The notes below the pieces were generated by a model. The model saw nothing but the letters and a program-made list of their open reading frames with translations. It had not been told where the DNA came from and did not search any database. Shown here piece by piece: positions 28,797 to 41,645 of a DNA stretch of 64,000 nt. The DNA comes from Patescibacteria group bacterium. Lineage in GTDB: Bacteria; Patescibacteriota; Minisyncoccia; Phycocordibacterales; UBA918. The stretch spans positions 16,858 to 80,857 of the forward strand of contig JAZKFU010000002.1 of assembly GCA_040386275.1 (NCBI GenBank), written 5' to 3'. Both the position numbers and the translations under genes were made by a program. Position 1 is the first letter of the stretch. Each line of letters opens with the position of its first letter.

Positions 28797-29633
28797 ATGT
28801 TGGAAACGATTGCGCTGATGCCACCTTATTTTATTACCATAGTAGCGTTTATGTTTGGGGTAATTATTGGGAGTTTTCTCAATGTGTATATTTATCGCTT
28901 TCATACGGGCAAATCTTTAGCTGGTTCTTCGCACTGTTTATCGTGCCGGACCCCGTTGAAATTTTTTGAGCTGTTTCCTCTGGTTTCATATTTAGGATTA
29001 CGAGGCCGATGTCGAAATTGTCAGGCAGGTATTCCGAGTCGGTACTTTTGGGTGGAGCTTATTACGGGGTTGCTTTTTGTGGCGGTGGTCAAGTGGGTGA
29101 TGCCAATTGAATTGTGGCCGATTGCATTGTTGCTGATGGCTTCGCTTGTGGTAGTGTCGGTGTATGACCTGGCTCATTTTATTATCCCGGATGCGTTTGT
29201 GGTGTTTTTATCGGGAATTGCCTTGGTGTACACCGGACTGTGGGTATTCCTTACCGGCGAGTACATGATTTTTGTGTGGAATGTTGTGGCCTCCGCAATT
29301 GCCTTTTCATTTTTTGCCGGGCTGTGGTGGTACTCAGGTGGACGATGGATTGGGTTTGGAGATGCAAAGCTTGCTCTTCCGCTGGCCTACATGGTGGGGA
29401 TAGCGGGGGTGTTTTCGATGCTGACGTTAGCGTTTTGGTTAGGTACCATTATTAGTGTGACGATTCTTCTATGGCAACGGTATGGTAAACGGGGACAACT
29501 TGGCTATCGATTTAGAGGACCGCACCTTACAATTAAAAGCGAAGTACCGTTTGCTCCCTTTCTGATACTAGGCTTTCTGATGGTGTTTCTGTTTCGAGTA
29601 GATGTATTGATGTGGTTTAGTTATGCGTTATAA
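28797..29633 (+). CDS. pilD: prepilin peptidase
   Basis: GSFLNV, CxxC pairs, IGFGDAKL, VPFAPFL. Confidence 0.9.
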   Translation: MLETIALMPPYFITIVAFMFGVIIGSFLNVYIYRFHTGKSLAGSSHCLSCRTPLKFFELFPLVSYLGLRGRCRNCQAGIPSRYFWVELITGLLFVAVVKWVMPIELWPIALLLMASLVVVSVYDLAHFIIPDAFVVFLSGIALVYTGLWVFLTGEYMIFVWNVVASAIAFSFFAGLWWYSGGRWIGFGDAKLALPLAYMVGIAGVFSMLTLAFWLGTIISVTILLWQRYGKRGQLGYRFRGPHLTIKSEVPFAPFLILGFLMVFLFRVDVLMWFSYAL

Positions 29634-30240
29634 AAATCTTTTTTCATCATCACAACCAGGCGCCACTCAGTCGCGAGGATTTGGGTTAGTGGAGTTGATG
29701 GTGAGTATCAGTATCATGACTTTGGTTTCCACCGTTATTCTAGTAAAGAATCGCTCATTTAATAATGCCTTGTTGCTCCGCAACCAAGCGTATGAAATTG
29801 CGTTTTCCCTGCGACAAGCACAGTTAATGGCGGTATCAGGGAATAGGCCAACTGCAACGAGTAGAAATACGTACGGCATTCACTTGGATGTGTCTGGAAC
29901 AGTAGGAGATACGCATAGACAGTATCGAATGTTTCGAGATGATGTGAGTAACCTTAATTGGTATGATGCAGGTGACGCCACTATCGGCTCAGTGGGAACA
30001 ATTGATAGTAAATATATTATTGATATCGCCGATAGTAGTGGCAACGCAATAGCCGCGAATACCTTGTCTATTACATTTGTACGACCCAATTTTGATGCAC
30101 TCTTTAAAACTAGTTCCGGCGGAGCCATTAGTAGTGCCCCGGTATATCTTAAAATAATGCCGAGAGACAGCACTGGCTACGCCAACGTTCCTTATCGGCT
30201 GATTGAGATTACGAGTACCGGGCAAATATCGGTTATCTAA
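29623..30240 (+). CDS. minor pilin
   Basis: RG/FGLVELMV. Confidence 0.8.
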   Translation: MRYKNLFSSSQPGATQSRGFGLVELMVSISIMTLVSTVILVKNRSFNNALLLRNQAYEIAFSLRQAQLMAVSGNRPTATSRNTYGIHLDVSGTVGDTHRQYRMFRDDVSNLNWYDAGDATIGSVGTIDSKYIIDIADSSGNAIAANTLSITFVRPNFDALFKTSSGGAISSAPVYLKIMPRDSTGYANVPYRLIEITSTGQISVI

Positions 30241-30242
30241 CT

Positions 30243-30851
30243 ATGTTCACCTCACGTTTACAAAAACTTCAGACTGGATTTACTCTCATTGAAATGATGG
30301 TGGCTCTTTCGTTATTTACTATTGTGGTCACCATTGCGGTAGGGGCTTTTTTATCGATGATTGGCGCCAGTAAAGGTGTGCAGGGAGAGCAGTCTGTTAT
30401 GACGACGCTTACGTTTGTACTTGATAGTATGACGCGCGAAATAAGAACAGGAACAAACTATTACTGTGGTACACGAAGTTATATATCGAGCAACTCAATT
30501 TCTACCTCTACTGTAAATGATTGCGCTACCGGTAATGAAGGAGTTTCGTTTGTGGAATCTGGTAGTAGTGTGACGGTAAGTGCCAGTAGTAGACGAATTG
30601 CGTATTATTATGATACTTCTTCTACTCCCGACACTATTATGCGTCGTGTCGGAAACGGGACACCACAATCAGTGGTATCAGAAGGAATCACTATTACCAA
30701 GGCTGAGTTTTTTGTGACGGGTACCCAACGGCTTAATGCTGGTACCGACATTAACCAGCCTACCGTCACGATTGTACTTGAAGCAACCGATGAAACTGGT
30801 GCGACTACGACATTGCAAACAACCGTGACGCAACGCGAATTAGATATATGA
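30243..30851 (+). CDS. minor pilin
   Basis: TG/FTLIEMMV. Confidence 0.85.
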   Translation: MFTSRLQKLQTGFTLIEMMVALSLFTIVVTIAVGAFLSMIGASKGVQGEQSVMTTLTFVLDSMTREIRTGTNYYCGTRSYISSNSISTSTVNDCATGNEGVSFVESGSSVTVSASSRRIAYYYDTSSTPDTIMRRVGNGTPQSVVSEGITITKAEFFVTGTQRLNAGTDINQPTVTIVLEATDETGATTTLQTTVTQRELDI

Positions 30852-31439
30852 CCTTACATAAAATTTCACAATCAGGTTTTAGTTTAGTAGAAGTTTTAGT
30901 AGCAATTACTATTTTGCTCTTAGTTATTGTCGGTCCAATGCAAATCATTTCTCGGTCAATTAACTCAACCAATTTTGCTACCGAGCAGGTGAATGCATGG
31001 TTTTTGGCTCAAGAAGGGTTGGAGTTGGCGCAAAAAGGACGTGACGATTTGGTGCTGGGAGATTTTAAAGACATTCTTAGTGGCGGAACTGCTGAACCAG
31101 CACCATTTACTACTTTTGAAAGTCGGTATGCTTTTTGTTTTTCGAGTAATGGTTGTGGGTTAAGTGTCGGTAATGGAGTTTCGACACCGATTTCAGTAGT
31201 GAGCTGTGGGGTGTTATCAAATTGCAGACTGTATACCACCACAAGCAGTAACACTGACAGGTCAACCTATCAGCATAGTGTCTCAGGTAATACGATAAGT
31301 CCCTTCACTCGGGTTATTAAGATGGAGCGAACACCAGCTAGTGGAAATATTCGAGAAGTGAAAGTCACTTCCACGATAACGTGGCGAACGGGTTCGCTGA
31401 TTGATAGTCAAAGTGTTGAGGCAGTAACCTATTTATTTA

Positions 31440-31459
<20 letters not shown>
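30848..31459 (+). CDS. minor pilin (PilV-like)
   Basis: SG/FSLVEVLV, LAQEGLE. Confidence 0.8.
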
Positions 31460-34074
<2,615 letters not shown>

Positions 34075-34102
34075 TTTAAATTTTGTGATATGATGCCTAG
34101 AT

Positions 34103-34396
34103 ATGACTATTGATGAAATCCGAAATCTCGGTACCCTTGCTCGAATTGCCCTCTCTGATGAAGAAGCTGCCACCCTTAATCAAGAAATTGATTCAATTTT
34201 AGCGTACGTGAGTGCGGTAACTACTATGGCCGGTGAACCGGCTACGACCCATCAGGTGGGAGCTCGTATTAATGTATTGCGTAGCGATGTAATCACGAAC
34301 ACTCCCGGAGAATACCGAAAGCGCATGTTGGCGGCTATGCCAAAAACAGACGGGGACTATTTAGTAGTAAAAAAGATTCTTAACGTGACTCAATAA
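34103..34396 (+). CDS. gatC: Asp/Glu-tRNA amidotransferase subunit C
   Basis: LARI, ILAYV, LRSD, YLVVKKI; upstream of gatA. Confidence 0.88.
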   Translation: MTIDEIRNLGTLARIALSDEEAATLNQEIDSILAYVSAVTTMAGEPATTHQVGARINVLRSDVITNTPGEYRKRMLAAMPKTDGDYLVVKKILNVTQ

Positions 34397-34401
34397 TAGG
34401 T

Positions 34402-35817
34402 ATGGATATTAAAACCCTTCGAACCAAATTTATTGATGGTTCACTTACCCCGACGGCTTATCTGGAAGAGATGCTAACCGTTATCGAAAATACGGACAAA
34501 GACATTAACGCTTTTTTAGAAGTGTATGCCGATGATGCCCGTAAAGAAGCAAAACACGCTACCGAGGAATACGCACGACTGGGTGATTCTGCGCCAGCCT
34601 TGCTCGGTATTCCCGTGGCACTTAAAAACAATATTTTAGTGCAAGACAAAAAAGCGACCGCGGGTTCAAAAATTCTTGAACACTACACCGCATCATACGA
34701 TGCAACTATCGTCACGCGGTTAAAGGAATCGGGAGCAATAATTATCGGTGCTACCAATATGGATGAATTTGCGATGGGTGGCTCTACTGAAAATTCTGCG
34801 TTTGGCCCAACTAAAAACCCCGTAGACCCAACACGCGTACCTGGGGGATCTTCTGGTGGTTCAGCAGCAGCGGTAGCGATGGGGGCTGTGCCGATAGCAA
34901 TTGGGACAGACACTGGCGGGTCAGTGCGACAACCAGCGAGTTACTGTGGCGTGATTGGATTTAAACCAACTTATGGAGCAGTATCGCGTTATGGACTGGT
35001 GGCGATGGGGTCGTCGCTCGATCAAGCTGGCCCCCTTACTAATACCGTGACTGATGCTGAAACTGTACACACTATTATGTCAGGCTTGGATGCCAAGGAC
35101 GCCACTACCATTGCACCCGATACCTATCCTGAGGTGTTAGTAAAAGACCAATACACGTTTGGAGTACCACGTGGCTTTTTGGCTTCGGGTGTTGATCCTG
35201 ATGTACTTGCACTGTTTGAAGCGCAGCTTGCATCATTGGTTGTCGCGGGACATGCCGTAGTTGATATTGAACTACCAATGTTTGAAGCGGGATTGGCTGC
35301 ATATTACATTGTAATGCCAGCTGAAGTATCTTCGAACCTGGCTCGATTTGATGGGGTTCGTTACGGGTTATCACTTGATGGACCCGATTTGCTGTCGGTA
35401 TATGAAAACAGTCGTGCGGCTGGTTTTGGGGCTGAAGTAAAACGGCGGATTTTGCTTGGTACCTACGTGCTTTCCTCAGGGTATTACGATGCCTACTATG
35501 GCAAAGCTGAATTGGTGCGTACCAAAATGCGCGAGGAGCTTAATGCAGTTTTTTCAAAAATTGATTGTATTATCACCCCAACCGCTCCTACCCCTGCGTT
35601 TACTCTGGGTTCACAATCTGACCCACTCTCAATGTATTCCCAAGATATTTTTACGGTTCCGGTAAATCTAACGGGCGTGCCAGCTCTCTCGGTCCCTATG
35701 GGAACTGTGGAGCGTGACGGGAAGGCGCTTCCAGTTGGGGTACAATATATAGGTCCGCATGCAGGGGACGCTCGTCTATTTGATATTGGCAAGCGTACGT
35801 TTGATGCGAAACTCTAA
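34402..35817 (+). CDS. gatA: Asp/Glu-tRNA amidotransferase subunit A
   Basis: GGSSGGSAA, GTDTGGSVRQPA, SSNLARFDGVRYG. Confidence 0.95.
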   Translation: MDIKTLRTKFIDGSLTPTAYLEEMLTVIENTDKDINAFLEVYADDARKEAKHATEEYARLGDSAPALLGIPVALKNNILVQDKKATAGSKILEHYTASYDATIVTRLKESGAIIIGATNMDEFAMGGSTENSAFGPTKNPVDPTRVPGGSSGGSAAAVAMGAVPIAIGTDTGGSVRQPASYCGVIGFKPTYGAVSRYGLVAMGSSLDQAGPLTNTVTDAETVHTIMSGLDAKDATTIAPDTYPEVLVKDQYTFGVPRGFLASGVDPDVLALFEAQLASLVVAGHAVVDIELPMFEAGLAAYYIVMPAEVSSNLARFDGVRYGLSLDGPDLLSVYENSRAAGFGAEVKRRILLGTYVLSSGYYDAYYGKAELVRTKMREELNAVFSKIDCIITPTAPTPAFTLGSQSDPLSMYSQDIFTVPVNLTGVPALSVPMGTVERDGKALPVGVQYIGPHAGDARLFDIGKRTFDAKL

Positions 35818-35826
35818 TTACACATT

Positions 35827-36462
35827 ATGGAAGACACAGTTACTGCTACCACGGCCGCCCTTGAAGTTGTAGGGTTTGATATTTTAACGCCGATTTTGCG
35901 GTTTATTTTTGGCGGAGATGGAGTTGTTGGGTCATTGAGTCAGGATGGAATTCTCGGTTTTCTCAGTGGTGCCTGGACGGTATTTGTGATTATTTCATAT
36001 ATCTGTTCTTTTATATTTTTAGTGTTATATATTTACGCTTCGATACAAGCCGAAAAATTAGGTGATATCGAACATGACATGATGGCTGCTGGAGAAGAAG
36101 CTTACGCTATGAAAATGTCCGGCGGCATTAAATCTGATAAATTTGCCGAACTCAAAGAACATGTAAATTCAGATAACCCAAATGATTGGAAGCTTGCTAT
36201 TATTGAAGCCGATATTATTTTAGATGATACATTAAAACGACAAGGGTACGCTGGCCCAACTTTAGGAGACCGACTCAAAAGTATTTCCCCCAGTGCGTTA
36301 TCTTCACTTGATGACGCGTGGCAAGCCCATAAGGTTCGTAACCAAATTGCCCACGGCGGAGCAGATTTTGTGCTCACCCAAAAAATCGCCCGCGAAACAA
36401 TCGTGCAGTATGAGCGAGTGTTTAAGGAGTTGGGGGTTGGGGAAGGTGGCGGACATCATTAA
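35827..36462 (+). CDS. hypothetical membrane-anchored protein
   Basis: TM plus helical domain WKLAIIEAD...AHKVRNQIAH. Confidence 0.7.
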   Translation: MEDTVTATTAALEVVGFDILTPILRFIFGGDGVVGSLSQDGILGFLSGAWTVFVIISYICSFIFLVLYIYASIQAEKLGDIEHDMMAAGEEAYAMKMSGGIKSDKFAELKEHVNSDNPNDWKLAIIEADIILDDTLKRQGYAGPTLGDRLKSISPSALSSLDDAWQAHKVRNQIAHGGADFVLTQKIARETIVQYERVFKELGVGEGGGHH

Positions 36463-36473
36463 GAATTAAAACT

Positions 36474-36690
36474 GGGTTCCGGAATCGAGTCACGAATCAC
36501 TAAGTATATTATTTCGCTACGCTCATAATCTACTAAGTGTTCTTGACCACACCTCGCGGTTTTCTTTTCTGGTAAAAAGAAAACATCGCTGCGGTCGTTC
36601 GATTCCGCCGAAAGCAAAGCAGTTTGCTTTCTGAACTCCGCAACAAAAACGTAAAACCTCTGTCAATAAAGACAGAGGTTTTACGTAATG
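36474..36690 (-). repeat. tRNA-anchored module C
   Basis: Hairpin 36649-36686, split inverted copy 36597-36644, direct copy 36474-36488. Confidence 0.85.
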
Positions 36691-36761
36691 TTGCGGGTTC
36701 CGGAATCGAACCGGAGTCTGGAGGTTATGAGCCTCCCGAGGTACCTCTCCTCTAACCCGCT
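36691..36761 (-). tRNA. tRNA-Met (CAT), probably initiator
   Basis: ggagg-ct CAT aa-cctcc; A1:A72 mismatch and A11:U24 are initiator features, but only 2 of the 3 anticodon-stem G-C pairs are present. Confidence 0.85.
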
Positions 36762-36858
36762 ATAATTTCAATTTGAAAAGTATACACCGATTTTTGATTT
36801 TGTCCATTTAAAGAGATAAAAATATGCTTTTATGTTTGAGCTGGTATAATAAATCCAT

Positions 36859-37542
36859 ATGCAATGTGTAATTTTAGCGGCAGGAAAGGGGACGCGGTTA
36901 CGACCGCTAACGGAAGATACTCCAAAACCACTCGTTTTAGTGGCAGGGAAACCGTTACTTGATCATATCGTTAAAGCGCTACCGAGCGCGGTTGATGAGT
37001 TGATTATTGTGCACGGCTATTTAGGTGAACAAATTATGGCTCATTGTGGCTCTAAATATATGGGACGTAAAGTGACCTATGTTTTGCAAGAAGAGCAAAA
37101 GGGAACAGCTCCAGCTTTGTGGTTGTGTAAAGATTTACTTAAAGGCAGGTTCTTATTTATGTTTGCGGACGACATTCATGGGGAAAATGATATTGCTCGG
37201 GTGACGTCATATAGTCGCGCTATCCTGACTATGCCTACCAAAACTCCTGAACGTTTTGGTATTGTAGTGCGTCACCCTGATGGGACATTAGCAGAGTTTG
37301 TAGAAAAGCCCGCTCATCCACCATCCAACCTCGCTTCAACCGGAGTGATGGTGCTAGACACTCATATTTTTGAATTTGAACCAACCGTTGAAACAAACGG
37401 CGAGTATTTCCTTACTGATGTAATCGCCGAATATTCTCAAAAGTATCCCGTGGCAGTGGTTGAAGAAAATCTTTGGATTCCCATCGGTTACCCCGAAGAT
37501 ATCGAAAAAGCAGAAGCTATTTTAGCTACCCAAAAAGTGTAG
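36859..37542 (+). CDS. sugar-phosphate nucleotidyltransferase family protein
   Basis: ILAAGKGTRLRPLT..PKPL, FVEKP. Confidence 0.9.
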   Translation: MQCVILAAGKGTRLRPLTEDTPKPLVLVAGKPLLDHIVKALPSAVDELIIVHGYLGEQIMAHCGSKYMGRKVTYVLQEEQKGTAPALWLCKDLLKGRFLFMFADDIHGENDIARVTSYSRAILTMPTKTPERFGIVVRHPDGTLAEFVEKPAHPPSNLASTGVMVLDTHIFEFEPTVETNGEYFLTDVIAEYSQKYPVAVVEENLWIPIGYPEDIEKAEAILATQKV

Positions 37543-37694
37543 TTGATAGAGTGCTATATTAGTGGTATTCTGTTGCCACTTTTCTCTAGGTTAATGCTAG
37601 AGAAAATTGTATCCAGGGCGTATCGGTGTAAGCAAAGCTTTCACCGACTGCGTTCGAAGAAAATGTAAGCGAGCTTCCATTTTGCTTCTCACTT

Positions 37695-37768
37695 GTCGGT
37701 GTAGCTCAGCTGGTTAGAGCGTAGCACTCATAACGCTAAGGTCGGAGGTTCGAGCCCCCCCATCGACA
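37695..37768 (+). tRNA. tRNA-Met (CAT), probably elongator
   Basis: gtcggtg/catcgac, loop ct CAT aa, ggttcgagcc; Ile2 not excluded. Confidence 0.85.
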
Positions 37769-37845
37769 CAACGCAGGATATTGCCCTTTTAATTAAAAGT
37801 GTATATACTCTTGCCACTAATACCCTCGGTATTTAGTAAGGAATT

Positions 37846-37919
37846 GCGGGCGTAGCTCAGCTGGTTAGAGCGCTTCCCTGTCACGGAAGAGGCCGTGGGT
37901 TCGAATCCCATCGCTCGCG
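37846..37919 (+). tRNA. tRNA-Asp (GTC)
   Basis: gcgggcg/cgctcgc, cttcc-ct GTC ac-ggaag, G73. Confidence 0.93.
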
Positions 37920-38084
37920 CAAATGAAAGAGCCCTTCGGGGCTTTTTCGTTTACGCGAGCGAAAGAAAGCGCCTGCGCGCTTTCTGGTGGGATTCGAAAG
38001 CCGGAGTCATGTCGCCCTGCGACAGACGAGACGGGGTCGCGAAAATTTCTGAAAGAAATTATTTGTGACCGAATCCCATCGCTC
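37920..38084 (+). repeat. tRNA-anchored module D
   Basis: Hairpin 37921-37952, split inverted copy 37954-37998, direct copy 38070-38084. Confidence 0.88.
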
Positions 38085-38126
38085 CCACTCCTTCAAACAT
38101 CATCCCCCATCTGCTACACTACCCCC

Positions 38127-39647
38127 ATGCCCCCACTCACTATATACTGGTCACGTCGAGACTTCCGTCTGGCTGATAACCCGGCTCTGCTTGCTGCTTC
38201 CAGCTACGCAATTGCAAACAACACTTCTTTTCTCCCGCTCTTTATTGTTGAAGACTATATGACGGCAGGGAATCCGACATTTCAATTTGGCTACCCATCC
38301 CGTTGGTTTTTATCCCAGGCTCTGCCATCATTTGCGTCACACTTTGAAGAGTTTGCTATTGTGACAGGGAAAGGGGCACAGTATCTCATTGAACTTAGTA
38401 AAAAATTTAAGCTTACTGTTTTTGTAAATGATGATGTGTATGTAGATTTTTATAAACAAATTGCAAAACTAGAAAAAGCTGGAGTAGCAGTCACTGTCTG
38501 TGAGGACGCACTGTCTGTACCCAAAGAAACCAGATCAGGTGAGGGAAATTTATATAGTGTATTTACACCTTTTAAAAAAAATGTCTGGGCACGATTTATT
38601 GCTCATGCTCCGCACGCAACCTTTACCCAACCAAAAGCGCTTCAGTATCTCCCGACTAAAAACATTGAGGCACTCCCAAACTTGCTTACAAACACAACCG
38701 AAGCTATTTTTGCAGTCTTCAGTAAAAAACGTCTCCTTACCGTTGGAGGAATGACGCTTGATATAGGGGAACTAATTCCCGAGCAAAAAATTGAGGGTTG
38801 GTATACGACTGAAGACGAAGCCTTGCAACGTTTTTCGGATTACCTCACTTCTGGTGACTTAGATGCGTACAAGAAAAACCGAGACTCACTGGAACTTGAT
38901 GCTGCTAGCTTTGATGAGACCCGTACCGCCTATACGGGGAAGACTTCCAAAATGAGTCTCGCCCTGGCGTGGGGATTGGTATCGGCCCGAACGTTGATGC
39001 AGATGATGCAAAAGCACTTTGATGAAACCTTTGATAACCCCTTTTCTGCGCGGGTAAGTGAGGGAGCCTTAACGTATATTTCTGAACTAATCTGGCGGGA
39101 ATTCTACCGATACCAACTATTTCACCGTCCTGATTTAATGAACACAGAATTTCAAAAAAAATTCCAAGGCACCATTGCCTGGGTTGATACAAAAACAGCG
39201 CACGAACGATTTCTTGCCTGGATTAAAGGAGAGACGGGGTATCCGGTAGTTGATGCGGCGATGAGACAAGTAGCCGCAACTGGATGGATGCATAATCGTT
39301 CCCGCATGATTGTGGCGAGTATCTTAACCAAGAACTTTGGCGTTGATTGGCGGTGGGGTATGGAATATTTTCGAGCGGTGCTAATTGATTTAGACGAAGC
39401 GTCTAACTCAGGCGGGTGGCAGTGGGGAGCGTCAGTCGGGGCTGATCCTAAGCCGATACGAATTTTTAACGCTGAATTGCAAGCTAAAAATTATGATTCG
39501 TCCGGTGCCTATCAAAATCGTTGGCTTAACGATAATACAGTCTTTTCTCTAAAGGCCACGCGAGAGCCTATCATTGAACATAAGCAGGCGCGCGCCGAAG
39601 CCCTCACGCGCTATGGGTTAGGAGGGGAAGGAGCGCGGGATTATTAA
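38127..39647 (+). CDS. DNA photolyase/cryptochrome family protein
   Basis: WSRRDFRLADNPAL, ELIWREFY, GWMHNRSRM, D.DEASN.GGWQW; start moved to 38127 (TGcTACACT 6 nt upstream). Confidence 0.9.
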   Translation: MPPLTIYWSRRDFRLADNPALLAASSYAIANNTSFLPLFIVEDYMTAGNPTFQFGYPSRWFLSQALPSFASHFEEFAIVTGKGAQYLIELSKKFKLTVFVNDDVYVDFYKQIAKLEKAGVAVTVCEDALSVPKETRSGEGNLYSVFTPFKKNVWARFIAHAPHATFTQPKALQYLPTKNIEALPNLLTNTTEAIFAVFSKKRLLTVGGMTLDIGELIPEQKIEGWYTTEDEALQRFSDYLTSGDLDAYKKNRDSLELDAASFDETRTAYTGKTSKMSLALAWGLVSARTLMQMMQKHFDETFDNPFSARVSEGALTYISELIWREFYRYQLFHRPDLMNTEFQKKFQGTIAWVDTKTAHERFLAWIKGETGYPVVDAAMRQVAATGWMHNRSRMIVASILTKNFGVDWRWGMEYFRAVLIDLDEASNSGGWQWGASVGADPKPIRIFNAELQAKNYDSSGAYQNRWLNDNTVFSLKATREPIIEHKQARAEALTRYGLGGEGARDY

Positions 39648-39676
39648 GGCTGGGTATTAAATGGTAAAATAGAAAC

Positions 39677-40510
39677 ATGGCTCGTATCAACTCACAAGAA
39701 GTGTACAAAAATTTGCAAGTAGGCGGTATTTTTTTGGTGTTTGGATTGATGGTAAGTGGTCTTTTGTACGCAACGTATTCGTCACCTCAAAGTGAAGAAC
39801 TTGTGTCTAATGGCGCCTGTGTACCGATTGAAAGTAACATAAGTGAAAAGACAGTAGTACTTCGCGTGGATGATATTCAAGCGTATACCTGGGGTGAGAC
39901 CAGTATGAAAATGATACGTGATGCGGCGACTCGTAATATTCCCCTAACGGTTGGCGTAATCCCTACAGGAATAATAGAAGATGTTGCATTAATTAATTTT
40001 CTAAAAAGTAACGACTGCTCTTTAGAATTCGCGTTGCACGGGCTAACTCATAATTCACCAGCAGGTGACAATGTGCCAGAATTTGGTTCCTCTACTAAAG
40101 AGGAAGCGCTCACAAAAATATCTGAAGGACAAAATATTGTTGCGTCTTTTTCCTCCCATCCCATCTCAACCTGGATACCACCATTGAATATCCATTCGAC
40201 CGGAACTATCGCTGCGTTAGCTGAGTTGGGCTTTACTCATATCTCAGCCGAGGGACAAGGCCAATTTGATTATGATGCCACTACCTTTATCTACGGCGTA
40301 AATACGTTGGTGTCGCCAGAATCAGTGGTACAGACCTGCCGGAAGACATTTGAAACGAGTAATCACTGCATTGTCATGTTGCACCCACAAGAATTTGCTA
40401 ACGGGCTTAATCATGACGAAGCAAAATACAATCAGTATTACCTAGGGTTACTTGATGCGTTTGCTAAAGAAGGGGTGACATTCTCACGTCTCAAAGACCT
40501 TCCGTTGTAA
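39677..40510 (+). CDS. polysaccharide deacetylase-like (DUF2334-type) protein
   Basis: LRVDD, ALHGLTH, IPP.N, MLHPQEF. Confidence 0.7.
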   Translation: MARINSQEVYKNLQVGGIFLVFGLMVSGLLYATYSSPQSEELVSNGACVPIESNISEKTVVLRVDDIQAYTWGETSMKMIRDAATRNIPLTVGVIPTGIIEDVALINFLKSNDCSLEFALHGLTHNSPAGDNVPEFGSSTKEEALTKISEGQNIVASFSSHPISTWIPPLNIHSTGTIAALAELGFTHISAEGQGQFDYDATTFIYGVNTLVSPESVVQTCRKTFETSNHCIVMLHPQEFANGLNHDEAKYNQYYLGLLDAFAKEGVTFSRLKDLPL

Positions 40511-40565
40511 AAAACAGTGTGAGGGGTGTGCTACCATTTAGGTATTACTTATTTACCACACTCTC

Positions 40566-41168
40566 ATGCTCACAAAACATCATTGGTTGATTATAGCGTT
40601 TTCTACCTCGTACCTACTAGCGGGCGGAATCTATTTTCTCAAAGATTTTAATAATGAATTTGTTATTTACGTAGCGGTCATCGTCGCTATCTTTATTGGT
40701 GTATTTTCCACGTTACGTAAAACGTTATTTCCTGTCTGGATGTTGTGTTTATTATCTATCTGGGGACTTATGCATGTTGCAGGCGGTGCTGTGCAAATAG
40801 GAGATCACGTATTATTTGCCCATCGCATCTATCCGTTTCTAGATTATGGTGGTGATTTTTACATATTAAAATATGATCAGGTGGTACATGCATATTTGTA
40901 TGGATTGGTGGCATTAATGGCGCACCATACGCTGCGCGTTCCGCTTAAGGTAACAGGGCACGTATTTTTAGTCGGTTTAGCAGCAGCCATGATTTCACTT
41001 GGCATCAGTGGCTTAAATGAAATCATGGAATTTTTGATTGCGGTAACGCTTGAAGAGAACGGTGTGGGTGGCTATGAAAACGCGATGTTAGATTTAATAT
41101 TTAACTTCAGTGGAGCGGTCCTGGCGTTATTGCTTTTGTGTATAGTAAGGAGAGCAGGGCGGAATTAA
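40566..41168 (+). CDS. DUF2238/YjdF-like membrane protein
   Basis: H..GG, YDQVVH, EIMEF, D motifs in TM segments. Confidence 0.7.
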   Translation: MLTKHHWLIIAFSTSYLLAGGIYFLKDFNNEFVIYVAVIVAIFIGVFSTLRKTLFPVWMLCLLSIWGLMHVAGGAVQIGDHVLFAHRIYPFLDYGGDFYILKYDQVVHAYLYGLVALMAHHTLRVPLKVTGHVFLVGLAAAMISLGISGLNEIMEFLIAVTLEENGVGGYENAMLDLIFNFSGAVLALLLLCIVRRAGRN

Positions 41169-41234
41169 CCTTATAATTTTGCGTTACCGGTATATTTTGG
41201 TAGGATACTAGCACTCATGAAAATTGGGTAGTCA

Positions 41235-41307
41235 GCCATCATAGCTCAGTTGGTAGAGCATCGCCATGGTAAGGCGAAGGTCAACAGTTCGATTCTGTTT
41301 GATGGCT
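41235..41307 (+). tRNA. tRNA-Thr (GGT)
   Basis: gccatca/tgatggc, tcgcc-at GGT aa-ggcga; simple terminator 41316-41340 follows. Confidence 0.92.
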
Positions 41308-41342
41308 CAAAATGGAAACCCCCGCTTGGCGGGGGTTTGTGC

Positions 41343-41591
41343 TTACTTACTGCAAAACTTGCAGAGGACTTTCTTTTTGGGTTTGCGGCTCACAATGTTT
41401 TCACGCTCACATTTCTGGCACACAAACGAGTAGTTTCCCGATTCAGTGGCCCGAACGACAATCTTTTTTCTCTGACTGTTTTTGGATATGCCAACGATGC
41501 TACTGAATTGGTCTCGGTATCCAATGGCGACCGACGCAATAATGGTAGCTACTGCAAGTGCGGTAAAGTCGATTGACGGCTTTTTATTCAT
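41343..41591 (-). CDS. small membrane-anchored Zn-ribbon protein
   Basis: TM followed by CQKC...CKFC; GAGG SD. Confidence 0.5.
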   Translation of the reverse strand: MNKKPSIDFTALAVATIIASVAIGYRDQFSSIVGISKNSQRKKIVVRATESGNYSFVCQKCERENIVSRKPKKKVLCKFCSK

Positions 41592-41645
41592 AACCAAAAC
41601 CTCGTAAGTGGTGACTTTTTCTGTGCCTGTTATACTACACCCATT

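Noticed and set aside
37923-38126. 68-aa N-terminal extension of the photolyase ORF
   Set aside because: It reads through module D; family similarity and a -10 box support the start at 38127.
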